64,000 bases of DNA from Candidatus Latescibacterota bacterium (GTDB lineage: Bacteria; Latescibacterota; UBA2968; UBA8231), in NCBI GenBank assembly GCA_965242865.1, contig CBDETK010000013.1, positions 224,001 to 288,000 of the forward strand. Reading direction: 5' to 3'. The notes beneath the pieces were generated by a model. That model made no database searches. It saw only the letters and a list, made by a program, of their open reading frames with translations, and had not been told where the DNA came from. Every line of letters starts with the position of its first letter. Position 1 is the stretch's first letter. Below, in pieces: positions 17,045-26,239 of this stretch. Made by a program: the position numbers and the translations under genes.

Positions 17045-19213
17045 ATGCACACGGAAACCTTTCGCACGGCCGGCCGCGTCGAAATCAGGCGCGAGACTCG
17101 ACCGTTGCCCCTAACGCAGCCGCTCGAGTCCCTGCTGGAGCGGCTCAACACCCATCGCGGCGCGGTCTTCGCCAGCGGCTACGAATATCCGGGGCGATAC
17201 AGCCGGTGGGACATTGGCTTTGTCGATCCGCCGCTGGAACTGGTGGCGCGTCAGCGCGAATTTGCCTTCCGGGCGCTCAACGCCCGCGGCCACGTGCTGC
17301 TGGAGATCGTGCGCCGAGGGCTTGCTGGGCACGCACACTTGGCCGCGCTGGAGCTCGCCGAGGACCAGCTCAAAGGCGCGGTGGTGCCGATGCCCGAATA
17401 CTTTTTGGAGGAGGAGCGGTCCAAGCAGCCGACGATCTTCAGCGTCCTGCGCGCCCTTGCGGCGCAGATGCGGGGCGCGGACGAGCACTTGGGATGGTAC
17501 GGCGCGTTGGGCTACGACTTGGTGTTCCAGTTTGAGCCGATTGAGCTGCGCCACCCGCGTCGGGCAGACCAAGCCGATCTGCATCTGTTTTTGCCGGACG
17601 AGCTCGTGGTCGTCGATCACCGCAAAGAGCAGGCGCGGTGCTACCGCTATGAGTTTGCGGCCGACGGGTTGTCAACCGAGGGCATGGAGCGGCGCACAGA
17701 CGCCGTGCCGCACGCGCCGGGCGCGGCGACCGCGCTCCAGTGCGACCACGCCCCGGGCGAGTACGCGGACAAGGTGCGCGAGGTCATTGCCGGCACTGAG
17801 CGCGGCGACTTTTTTGAGGTGGTGCCGAGCCAAGTGCTCAGCGCGGGATATGCCGGTAGCCCGCACGCCCTCTTTGAGAACATCCGCCGCACCAACCCCA
17901 GCCCCTACGAGTTTTTCATCAACCTCGGCGACGAGTACTTGATCGGTGCTTCGCCCGAGATGTTCGTGCGGGTCAACGGGTCCTTGGTCGAGACGTGTCC
18001 GATTGCCGGGACCATTGGCCGCGGCAAAACCGTGATGGAGGACGCCGAGCAGATCCGCGACCTGCTCAACTCGAAAAAGGACGAGGCCGAGCTAAACATG
18101 TGTACGGACGTCGATCGCAACGACAAGGCGCGGATTTGCCAAGAAGGCTCGGTGCGGGTGGTCGGGCGGCGCATGATCGAAAAGTACTCCAAAGTCTTTC
18201 ACACCGTGGACCAAATCGTAGGTGAGCTGAAGGATGGCTGCGACGAATTCGACGCCTTGCTCTCGCATCTATGGGCGGTGACGCTTACCGGCGCGCCCAA
18301 ACCGGCGGCCATGCAGAAGATCGAGGAGCTGGAAAACTCGGCGCGGCGTTGGTACGGCGGCTGCGTTGGGATGCTGCTCTTTAGCGGCGAGATCAACACC
18401 GGGATCACCATCCGCACGGTACACTTAGAGGGCGGCATGGCCCGCGTGCGGGTCGGCGCGACCCTGCTGTGCGACTCGGACCCCGACGAGGAGGAACGCG
18501 AAACCCGGGCCAAAGCCGAGGCTTTTATCAACGCGGTGACCGGGGCCGACAGCGCGGCCGCCCCGAATAAGGCGCGGGCGGTTACGGGCCGCGGCAAGCG
18601 GGTGCTCTTTGTGGACAACCGCGATTCTTTCGTCCACACCCTCGGCGACTACGTGCGGCAAACCGGGGCCGAAGTGGTCACGGTGCGCGCCGAGCGGTCG
18701 CGCGACGGGACCGGAGCGCGGGGCCTGCGCCGCTCGGAGCGCGTCTTTGCCGAGGTCGAGCCAGACTTGGTCTTTATCTCGCCCGGCCCGGGGACGCCCG
18801 AGGAGTTCGGCGTGCCAACGCTGGTGCGAGAATGCGTCCGACGCGCCCTGCCGGTCTTTGGCGTGTGCCTCGGGCTCCAGGGCATCGTCCAAGCCTTTGG
18901 CGGCGAGTTGGGCGTCTTGTCTTATCCCATGCACGGCAAGGAATCCACGATCCGCTGCACACCCGAAGGGATCCTCAGCGGATTTCCCACAGAATTCGTC
19001 GCCGGTCGCTACCACTCGCTCTACGCCCGGCCGGAGAACCTGCCGGCATGCCTGCGGGTCTTGGCCCAGACCGACGACGGGGTCATCATGGCCGTGGAGC
19101 ACTGCGAGCTGCCGATTGCGGCCGTGCAGTTCCACCCGGAGTCGATCTTGACGCTCAAGGACGATCTCGGCTTGCGGCTGATCGCCGAGGTCGTGGGGAG
19201 GCTGGCGCGATGA
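17045..19213 (+). CDS. trpE: Anthranilate synthase, fused TrpE-TrpG type
   Basis: SGYEYPGRYSRWD, NPSPY, GASPEMFVRV, PIAGT, WYGG; C-terminal GATase (SPGPG, GVCLG, QFHPES). Confidence 0.93.
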   Translation: MHTETFRTAGRVEIRRETRPLPLTQPLESLLERLNTHRGAVFASGYEYPGRYSRWDIGFVDPPLELVARQREFAFRALNARGHVLLEIVRRGLAGHAHLAALELAEDQLKGAVVPMPEYFLEEERSKQPTIFSVLRALAAQMRGADEHLGWYGALGYDLVFQFEPIELRHPRRADQADLHLFLPDELVVVDHRKEQARCYRYEFAADGLSTEGMERRTDAVPHAPGAATALQCDHAPGEYADKVREVIAGTERGDFFEVVPSQVLSAGYAGSPHALFENIRRTNPSPYEFFINLGDEYLIGASPEMFVRVNGSLVETCPIAGTIGRGKTVMEDAEQIRDLLNSKKDEAELNMCTDVDRNDKARICQEGSVRVVGRRMIEKYSKVFHTVDQIVGELKDGCDEFDALLSHLWAVTLTGAPKPAAMQKIEELENSARRWYGGCVGMLLFSGEINTGITIRTVHLEGGMARVRVGATLLCDSDPDEEERETRAKAEAFINAVTGADSAAAPNKARAVTGRGKRVLFVDNRDSFVHTLGDYVRQTGAEVVTVRAERSRDGTGARGLRRSERVFAEVEPDLVFISPGPGTPEEFGVPTLVRECVRRALPVFGVCLGLQGIVQAFGGELGVLSYPMHGKESTIRCTPEGILSGFPTEFVAGRYHSLYARPENLPACLRVLAQTDDGVIMAVEHCELPIAAVQFHPESILTLKDDLGLRLIAEVVGRLAR

Positions 19214-19261
19214 TACGCATCTTACGCATCTATTGTCGGACGCGATCAACGCCTGCATGAC

Positions 19262-19825
19262 ATGCTGCTGATACTTGATAACTACGACTCCTTTACCTAC
19301 AATTTGGTGCATTATTTAGAGGAGCTAGGGGCGGCAACCGAGGTCTGGCGCAACGACGAGCTAACGGCGGCCGAAGCGGTCGCGCTCGCACCCGAGCGCG
19401 TGGTGATTTCGCCCGGCCCGGGCGGCCCGGAGCAAGCTGGAATTTCGCGCCGGCTCGTCGAGCGGTTGGCCGGGGTGATTCCCATTTTAGGGGTGTGCTT
19501 GGGGCACCAAGTCATCGCCCGAGTTTGCGGCGGGCGCGTCGGCCGGGCCAACGCAATCGTCCACGGCCGAGCGACGCCCGTGCATCACGACGGTCGCACG
19601 CTCTTTGCCGGATTGTCCAACCCATTCGCGGCCACGCGCTATCACTCGCTGGCGGTCGAGCGAGCGAGTTTGCCCGAGTGCCTCGAAGTATCGGCCACCA
19701 GCGAGGACGGGACGATCATGGGGATTCGGCATCGGCACTGGCCCCTCGAAGGGGTGCAGTTCCACCCGGAATCCATCCTGACCACAGAAGGCAAACAACT
19801 GCTGGCTAACTTCCTTCGCTTATGA
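19262..19825 (+). CDS. trpG: Anthranilate/aminodeoxychorismate synthase component II (glutamine amidotransferase)
   Basis: DNYDSFTYNL, ISPGPG, GVCLGHQ, RYHSL, QFHPES. Confidence 0.9.
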   Translation: MLLILDNYDSFTYNLVHYLEELGAATEVWRNDELTAAEAVALAPERVVISPGPGGPEQAGISRRLVERLAGVIPILGVCLGHQVIARVCGGRVGRANAIVHGRATPVHHDGRTLFAGLSNPFAATRYHSLAVERASLPECLEVSATSEDGTIMGIRHRHWPLEGVQFHPESILTTEGKQLLANFLRL

Positions 19826-19835
19826 GGAACTTTTG

Positions 19836-20846
19836 ATGATACGAGAAGCCATAAAAGACCTGATCGCCGGAGCGGACTTGGGCCGCGCTAAGACGCGGGC
19901 GGCCATGGACCAGATCATGAGCGGCCACGCCACAAACGCCCAGATTGGCGCGTTTCTCGTCGCCCTGCGGATCAAGGGCGAGACCATAGACGAGATCGCC
20001 GGCTGCGCCGAAGTCATGCGCGAGAAAGCCACGCCCATCGCGACGGCCCGGCCCGAGCTCATCGACACCTGCGGCACCGGGGGCGACGATTCCGGGACTT
20101 TCAACATCTCGACAGCGGTGGCCTTTGTCGCCTGCGGGGCCGGCCTCGCGGTCGCCAAGCACGGCAATCGCTCCATTTCGAGCCAATGCGGCTCGGCCGA
20201 CGTGCTAGACGCGCTCGGGGTCAACATCGAAGCCTCGCCGGAAAAGGTCGGCGAGTGCATCGACCAAGTCGGCATCGGCTTCCTCTTTGTGGTGGCCTTG
20301 CACGGGGGGATGAAACACGCCATCGGCCCGCGCCGAGAACTGGGCACCCGCACGGTTTTTAACGTCTTGGGGCCGCTGACCAATCCGGCCGGGGCCAAAA
20401 GGCAATTGCTCGGAGTGTACGACGGTGCGCTGACCGAGACCCTCGCCGCGGTGCTCGGCCAGTTGGGGTCGGAACGGGCCTTGGTGGTACACGGGTCGGA
20501 CGGGCTGGACGAGATTACCCTGACCGGGCCGACCCAGGTCAGCGAGCTGAGAGACGGGCGGGTGAGTACTCGTCAGATCGAGCCGGGGGATTTTGGGTTG
20601 CAGACGGCCCCAGCCGCGGCACTGCAAGGCGGCGATGCCGCGTACAACGCACGCATCCTGCGCGCGGTCCTCGACGGTCGGGAAGGACCGCGGCGCGACG
20701 TGGTGCTGCTCAATGCGGCCGCGGCCATCGTCGTGGGCGGGCTGGCCGAGGATATGACCGCCGGTCTCGAATTGGCCCGGGCGGCCATTGACTCGGGCCG
20801 GGCGCGTCAAGCCCTAGAGCGACTGGTCGAGGTGAGCAACGCCTAA
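19836..20846 (+). CDS. trpD: Anthranilate phosphoribosyltransferase
   Basis: DTCGTGGD, FNIST, KHGNRS, GPLTNP, DGLDE. Confidence 0.96.
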   Translation: MIREAIKDLIAGADLGRAKTRAAMDQIMSGHATNAQIGAFLVALRIKGETIDEIAGCAEVMREKATPIATARPELIDTCGTGGDDSGTFNISTAVAFVACGAGLAVAKHGNRSISSQCGSADVLDALGVNIEASPEKVGECIDQVGIGFLFVVALHGGMKHAIGPRRELGTRTVFNVLGPLTNPAGAKRQLLGVYDGALTETLAAVLGQLGSERALVVHGSDGLDEITLTGPTQVSELRDGRVSTRQIEPGDFGLQTAPAAALQGGDAAYNARILRAVLDGREGPRRDVVLLNAAAAIVVGGLAEDMTAGLELARAAIDSGRARQALERLVEVSNA

Positions 20847-21625
20847 TGGCCGACATCCTCCGCGAAATAGCCGCATACAAGCGCGAGTTCGTTGCCAGCC
20901 GCCAGCGGCAGCGCAGTTTGGCCGAGGTGCGCGCTCGCGCCCGCGACACGCCCGCGCCGGCCGATTTCCGCGGTGCATTGGCGGCCGACGGGATCGCGCT
21001 GATCGCCGAGCTAAAAAAAGCCTCGCCCTCCCAGGGCATCCTCCGCGCCGACTTCGACCCGGAGCGGATCGCCGATGCATATAGGGCCAACGGCGCGCGC
21101 TGCCTTTCGGTATTGACGGACGAGGCGTACTTTCAGGGGCGCGATGATTACGTACAGAGGGCCAAAGAGGCGGCCGGCTTGCCGGTGTTGCGCAAGGATT
21201 TTACCATCGACGACTACCAGCTCTACGAAGCCCGCGTCATCGGGGCCGATGCCATTTTGCTGATCGCGGCCCTGCTGGACTCCAGCCAGCTCGACGACTG
21301 CCTCGGCTTGGCCAGCGAGTTGGAATTGGCCGCGCTCGTCGAAGTCCACGATGGGGCGGAATTGGCGCGGGCCAAAGCGGCTGGGGCCAGCCTCGTCGGC
21401 GTCAACAACCGCGATCTGCGGACCTTTGAGACCCGCTTGGATACCACGTTCGCGCTGTTGGATCAGATGCCAGAGGGAGCGGTCGTCGTCAGCGAGAGCG
21501 GTATTGCCGGCCGCAGCGATGTTGAGCGGCTCGCCGCGGCCGGAGTCGATGCGATCTTGGTCGGCGAATCCCTGATGCGGGCCGCCGATATGGGGAGCAA
21601 GGTGAGGGAGCTAGTGGGCGCGTGA
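20846..21625 (+). CDS. trpC: Indole-3-glycerol phosphate synthase
   Basis: IAELKKASPS, SVLTD, LRKDF, GVNNRDL, SESGI. Confidence 0.96.
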   Translation: MADILREIAAYKREFVASRQRQRSLAEVRARARDTPAPADFRGALAADGIALIAELKKASPSQGILRADFDPERIADAYRANGARCLSVLTDEAYFQGRDDYVQRAKEAAGLPVLRKDFTIDDYQLYEARVIGADAILLIAALLDSSQLDDCLGLASELELAALVEVHDGAELARAKAAGASLVGVNNRDLRTFETRLDTTFALLDQMPEGAVVVSESGIAGRSDVERLAAAGVDAILVGESLMRAADMGSKVRELVGA

Positions 21626-22605
21626 AAAAACGAGTGTTTTCGGGCATTCAGCCCTCGGGCCACATCCACCTCGGCAACTACCTCGGGGCCGTCCGCAACT
21701 GGCTGGTCAACCTACAAAACCGCGACAACATCTTCTGCGTGGTCGATCAGCACGCCATCACCGTGCCCCACGACCCGCAGGCGTTGCGCGTCGGCACCCG
21801 CGAGGCCGTGGCCCTGTACATCGCCTGCGGCCTCGATCCGCAGCAGTGCCGCCTCTTTGTGCAGTCGCATATCCCAGAGCACACGGAGTTGGCGTGGCTG
21901 TTGACCTGCATTACGCCCATGGGCTGGCTGGAGCGGATGACCCAGTTCAAGGATCGGGTGGGGGCGCGGCGCGAGCGCGTCGGCACCGGGTTGTTCGTCT
22001 ATCCGGCGTTGATGGCCGCCGATATTTTGCTCTACCAAGCGCACGAAGTGCCCGTTGGCGACGACCAAAAGCAGCACGTGGAGCTAACGCGCGATCTGGC
22101 CGAGCGCTTCAATCGCCAGTTCGGGGCGGTCTTTACCGTGCCCGAGCCGGTCATTCCCACAGTCGGGGCGCGGATTATGGGGCTCGACGATCCGACCGCG
22201 AAAATGTCTAAGTCGGCCGAGGGGCGGTTCCACCGCATCGGCCTGCTCGACAGTCCGGACGCGGTGCGCAAGGCCGTCATGCGGGCGGTGACCGATTCGC
22301 AGCGGGACATCGTCTTCGACCGGCAGCGCCCCGGGCTGCACAACCTCCTAACCATCTACCAAGCGTTGACGGGCCTCGCGCCGGCCGCCATTGAGGCGCG
22401 GTTTGCCGGCAAGGGCTACGGCGACTTAAAGAAGGAATTGGCCGCAGTGATCATCGCCGAGATCGAGCCGATTCAGGCTCGCTATCGGGCGTTGCGGGCG
22501 GATCCGGCCTATATCGACCGGGTGCTCGCCGAGAGCGTCGAAAAGCTGCGCCCGATCGTGGATGCCACCATGGACGCCGTCCGCCGGGCGCTGGGGCACC
22601 GATAA
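21622..22605 (+). CDS. trpS: Tryptophanyl-tRNA synthetase
   Basis: SGIQPSG, HLGN, YPALMAADIL, VGDDQ, KMSKS. Confidence 0.96.
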   Translation: MKKRVFSGIQPSGHIHLGNYLGAVRNWLVNLQNRDNIFCVVDQHAITVPHDPQALRVGTREAVALYIACGLDPQQCRLFVQSHIPEHTELAWLLTCITPMGWLERMTQFKDRVGARRERVGTGLFVYPALMAADILLYQAHEVPVGDDQKQHVELTRDLAERFNRQFGAVFTVPEPVIPTVGARIMGLDDPTAKMSKSAEGRFHRIGLLDSPDAVRKAVMRAVTDSQRDIVFDRQRPGLHNLLTIYQALTGLAPAAIEARFAGKGYGDLKKELAAVIIAEIEPIQARYRALRADPAYIDRVLAESVEKLRPIVDATMDAVRRALGHR

Positions 22606-22615
22606 GAGAATAGCT

Positions 22616-22879
22616 ATGGACCTAAGTGACTGGCGCGAACGCATAGATACCATTGACCGGCAAATGATCGATCTGCTCAACGAGCGCATGCGCTGCGCCC
22701 AAGCGATCGGGCGGCTCAAAAAGGCCGCGGGAAAACCCATCCGCGATCCCGAGCGCGAGCGCGCGGTGATCTCCAAGGTCAAAGCCTACAACCAAGGGCT
22801 GATTACGGACGAAGCCCTAGCCGAGCTCTACTGGCTGCTCATCAAGTTGACCACGGACTTCGAGCGCGAGGAGCCCTAG
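22616..22879 (+). CDS. Chorismate mutase (AroQ class)
   Basis: LSDWRERIDTID..L.ER...IG.LK....IRDPERE. Confidence 0.9.
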   Translation: MDLSDWRERIDTIDRQMIDLLNERMRCAQAIGRLKKAAGKPIRDPERERAVISKVKAYNQGLITDEALAELYWLLIKLTTDFEREEP

Positions 22880-23976
22880 TTTTCTTCCGGCGGGTCGTCA
22901 TCGTCGGCGTGGGCTTGATTGGTGGCTCAATAGGCTCAGCACTCCGGCGCACCGGCTTTGGCGGGCGGGTCGTGGGCGTCAGTCGCCCCGCAACCATCGC
23001 CCGCGCCCTAGAGTTGGGCGTGATCGACGAAGGGTGGGGCTACGGCGAGTTGGAGCCCGCGCTCAAGGGAGCCGATCTGGTCTTTCTCTGCACCCCGATT
23101 AAGCGGATTCTCGCGCTGATTGCGGACGTGGGGCGGCTCGCCGAGCCGAGGACCCTAGTGACCGACGTCGGGAGCACCAAGCGGCGCATCGTGGCCGCGG
23201 CCCAAGCCCAGTTTGGCGACGAGGTGTACTTTGTCGGCGGCCACCCCATGGCCGGCTCGGAAAAGGCCGGCGTGGCCGCGGCCGATCCGTTCCTCTTCCA
23301 GAATGCGATTTACATTTTGGTCCCCAACCCACAAGTGCCAGCCGACCGCTACCAAGCCTTGACCGCGCTCTTGCGACAGCTCGGAGCGCGGGTGCTGGAA
23401 CTCGACGCCGAAGCGCACGACCGGGCGGTCGCGGCCATCAGCCACCTGCCGCAGATGATCGCGACCTCGCTGGTGAGTATGGTCGGGCGGCTCAATGCCG
23501 AGCGCGACCACTTCTTGCCGCTGGCCGCTGGGGGCTTCCGCGACCTGACGCGGATTGCCGCCAGTCCGTTTTCGCCGGTGTGGGAGGATATTTGCGCGAC
23601 CAATGCCGACCAGATTCGCGCCATGATCGACCGCTACATGGCCGCGCTCGCCGCGGTGCGGGAGCGGCTGGAGGAAGCGGAGCTCAAGGCGGATTTCGAT
23701 TTTGCCAATGCGGTGCGCGGCGCGATCCCGCGGGATTCAAAGGGGTTCATTCACGCGCTGTACGAGATTTTGGTGCTCGCCGAAGATCGCCCGGGAGTCA
23801 TCGCCGAGATCGGGCAGGCACTGGGGGCCGAAGGGATCAACATCAACGACATTGAGGTAATGAAGGTGCGCGAGGGCGAGGGGGGGACGCTGCGGTTGGG
23901 GTTTGATAGCGCGGAGAGCGCGGAAGACGCACTGAGGATTTTGGCGCGGCTCGGGTACGTGGCGCGGAGGCCCTAA
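22879..23976 (+). CDS. tyrA: Prephenate/arogenate dehydrogenase with C-terminal ACT domain; no canonical start before the Rossmann motif
   Basis: VVIVGVGLIGGS, TDVGSTK, GGHPMAGSE, SHLP, GGFRDLTRIA, DRPGVI; probable start position 22879 reads GTT. Confidence 0.88.
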   Translation, partial: VFFRRVVIVGVGLIGGSIGSALRRTGFGGRVVGVSRPATIARALELGVIDEGWGYGELEPALKGADLVFLCTPIKRILALIADVGRLAEPRTLVTDVGSTKRRIVAAAQAQFGDEVYFVGGHPMAGSEKAGVAAADPFLFQNAIYILVPNPQVPADRYQALTALLRQLGARVLELDAEAHDRAVAAISHLPQMIATSLVSMVGRLNAERDHFLPLAAGGFRDLTRIAASPFSPVWEDICATNADQIRAMIDRYMAALAAVRERLEEAELKADFDFANAVRGAIPRDSKGFIHALYEILVLAEDRPGVIAEIGQALGAEGININDIEVMKVREGEGGTLRLGFDSAESAEDALRILARLGYVARRP

Positions 23977-23979
23977 GCG

Positions 23980-25203
23980 ATGGAAGAAATCGTCCGCCCC
24001 GTCCAGAAAATTGCCGGGCAGGTCTCAGTGCCCGGCGAGCAGGTGCCCGGCGAGCGCGCCCTCGTATTGGCCGCGCTGAGCGAAGGGGCTAGCGTCGTCG
24101 GCAACGCGCCCGTTGCTGTGGGCCGCGTGGTCGCTTTGTTGCGCGCCCTCGGCGTTGACATTGCCGAGCGCGCCGGCGGCTATGCGGTGCGCGGCGTTGG
24201 GTTGCGGGGGTTTCGGCGCGCCGAGGAACCGCTTGACCTAGAAGGATTGGGCGACACGGCCCTGTTGTTGCTGCCCTTGCTCGCCGGACAGACGTTTCGC
24301 TCGCGGGTGAAGTTGGGCGCGGAAGCCGAGCGGTGTCGGCCCTTGCTCGCCCTACTGGCCCAGCTCGGGTTCGCGGTCGAACAGGAGCGCGCCGACACCT
24401 TGGTAACCGGGGGACAGCAGGCCAAAGGGTACGTCCTCTCCGAAGCACCGCCGACCGACGCCGTAGCACTGGGGGCACTAGTCGGTGCGCTCTTTGCCGA
24501 GGGGACGACCGCGCTGAAAGCCGGCCGTAGGGTGGAGCGCTGGTTGCGCGGGCGCGGGGTTGCGGTCGAGCGGCGCAAGCTCCTGTCGGTAGCAGGGGGG
24601 CAGGCGTTGCGGGGCGTTGACGAGGAGGTGCCTGGGCAACTCGCGTTGGCGTATCCGCTCATCGGGGCCGCGCTATGCCGCAAGGGGTCGGACCTAACCA
24701 TCCAGCGCGTGGCCATCCGCCCTCGGCAGCGGGCTTTCTTGGATCTGCTGCGGCAGATTGGGGCGCAGATCGCCGCGCAAGACCGCGGAGGAAGCGCGTG
24801 CGATTTGCGCGTGTGCGCCAGCCCGTTGAAGGGTACACGCGTGGCTGGGCAGCGGGCGGCCAAGGTCGCCGATCAGATCGCGCTGTTAGCGGTCTTGACG
24901 ACCCAAGCCACCGGGACGACGGTCCTCCGCGACATTGAGGACGTGCCGCACGTGGAGCACTTGTGCGCCGCGCTGCGCTCGCTCGATGCGCGGATTGGCC
25001 AGTTCACAGAAGGGCTGGTCATCAAAGGAGGCTTCCCGCTTCAGGGCGGCCAGCTCAATGGCCGGGGCGATCCGAACTTAGTCATGGCTTTTGCCGTGGC
25101 CGGGCTGTTGGCCGAAGGGGCGTTGACCATCCAAGGCTGCGAGTGCTTGGCGTCTAGCTGGCCCGATTTTTTTGAGACCGTTCACCTTATGCGAGGAGAT
25201 TGA
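23980..25203 (+). CDS. EPSP synthase (AroA)-like protein lacking most catalytic residues
   Basis: Overall AroA layout (G.V.VPG..RAL.LAAL.EG; MAFAVAGL; C...SWP.FF), but the KS, SSQ, KExxR and DHR motifs are replaced. Confidence 0.75.
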   Translation: MEEIVRPVQKIAGQVSVPGEQVPGERALVLAALSEGASVVGNAPVAVGRVVALLRALGVDIAERAGGYAVRGVGLRGFRRAEEPLDLEGLGDTALLLLPLLAGQTFRSRVKLGAEAERCRPLLALLAQLGFAVEQERADTLVTGGQQAKGYVLSEAPPTDAVALGALVGALFAEGTTALKAGRRVERWLRGRGVAVERRKLLSVAGGQALRGVDEEVPGQLALAYPLIGAALCRKGSDLTIQRVAIRPRQRAFLDLLRQIGAQIAAQDRGGSACDLRVCASPLKGTRVAGQRAAKVADQIALLAVLTTQATGTTVLRDIEDVPHVEHLCAALRSLDARIGQFTEGLVIKGGFPLQGGQLNGRGDPNLVMAFAVAGLLAEGALTIQGCECLASSWPDFFETVHLMRGD

Positions 25204-25205
25204 AG

Positions 25206-25346
25206 ATGCGAGGACTCTTTCGGCTTTCTGTGTGCGCGGCCGTGCTGTTGGGCGGCGGCCTGCTCGCCATCCGCCTGCTCTACGGCGTGTCGTGGCGCGA
25301 ATCCTTGGAGATTGCCAACGGCTTCATCGAGGATTTATTGGGGTGA
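25206..25346 (+). CDS. Small membrane protein, 46 aa (MRGLFRLSVCAAVLLGGGLLAIRLLYGVSWRESLEIANGFIEDLLG)
   Basis: SD gaggag, ATG 2 nt after the aroA-like stop, TGA overlapping the aroE GTG; one hydrophobic helix. Confidence 0.7.
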   Translation: MRGLFRLSVCAAVLLGGGLLAIRLLYGVSWRESLEIANGFIEDLLG

Positions 25347-26239
25347 TTTCCGCGACGACGCGGGTGCTCGGGGTCATCGGCGATCCGGTCGCGCACTCGG
25401 CGTCGCCGGCCATGCACAACGCCGCGCTTAGGGCGCTGAATCTCGACTATGCGTACGCGGCGTTCCGCGTCGCAGCCACCGCCTTGCCCGAGGCACTCGC
25501 CGGTATGCGCGCCCTCGGCATGGTCGGCCTGAATGTAACCGTGCCGCACAAGCAGGCCGTTATGGCCCATCTCGACGAGATTTCCCCAGAGGCCCAAAGC
25601 ATTGGCGCGGTCAATACCATTGCCAACCGCGCTGGCCGGCTCGTGGGGTACAACACCGATGCGTTTGGGATTGTGCAAAGCCTCAAGGCCGATGGCGGCT
25701 TGGACCGGCTGCCGCCCAAGGTCGCGCTGCTGGGGGCGGGCGGCGCGGCGCGGGCCGTGCTCTACGCGCTGCTGGCGCGGCCAGAGGTGGAAGAGGTGCT
25801 GCTGCTCAACCGCACTGTGGAAAAGGCCGCTGCCCTCGCCGGCGATCTCGACCGCGCCGGCAAGGTCCGGGTCGGGTCGCTGGCTGAGACCGGGCCGGTC
25901 GCGGCCGCGGGTTTGCTCATCAACGCCACGGCCTTGGGGATGCACCCCGACGTAGCTGCTTCGCCGCTGGCAGACCCGTCGTGCCTGCACGCGCAGATGC
26001 TGGTTGCCGACATTGTGTACAACCCCTTGGAAACCGCGCTCATGCGGCAGGCCGTGGCCGCGGGTGCGGCCGCGATCAACGGCTTGGGGATGCTCGCTTG
26101 GCAGGGGGCGCGCTCGTTTGAGATCTGGACCGGGGTCGAGCCGCCGGTTGAGGCGATGAGGGCTGCGCTAGAGGATGGAGGGGAGGAGGGACGGCATGAT
26201 GGAGGGGAGGGACGGCACGGGGGCCGTCCCTTACGTTGA
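25343..26239 (+). CDS. aroE: Shikimate dehydrogenase
   Basis: GDPVAHSASP, NVTVPHK, GAVNT, NTD, GAGGAARA, NRT, DIVYNP, GLGML; GTG at 25343. Confidence 0.95.
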   Translation: MISATTRVLGVIGDPVAHSASPAMHNAALRALNLDYAYAAFRVAATALPEALAGMRALGMVGLNVTVPHKQAVMAHLDEISPEAQSIGAVNTIANRAGRLVGYNTDAFGIVQSLKADGGLDRLPPKVALLGAGGAARAVLYALLARPEVEEVLLLNRTVEKAAALAGDLDRAGKVRVGSLAETGPVAAAGLLINATALGMHPDVAASPLADPSCLHAQMLVADIVYNPLETALMRQAVAAGAAAINGLGMLAWQGARSFEIWTGVEPPVEAMRAALEDGGEEGRHDGGEGRHGGRPLR

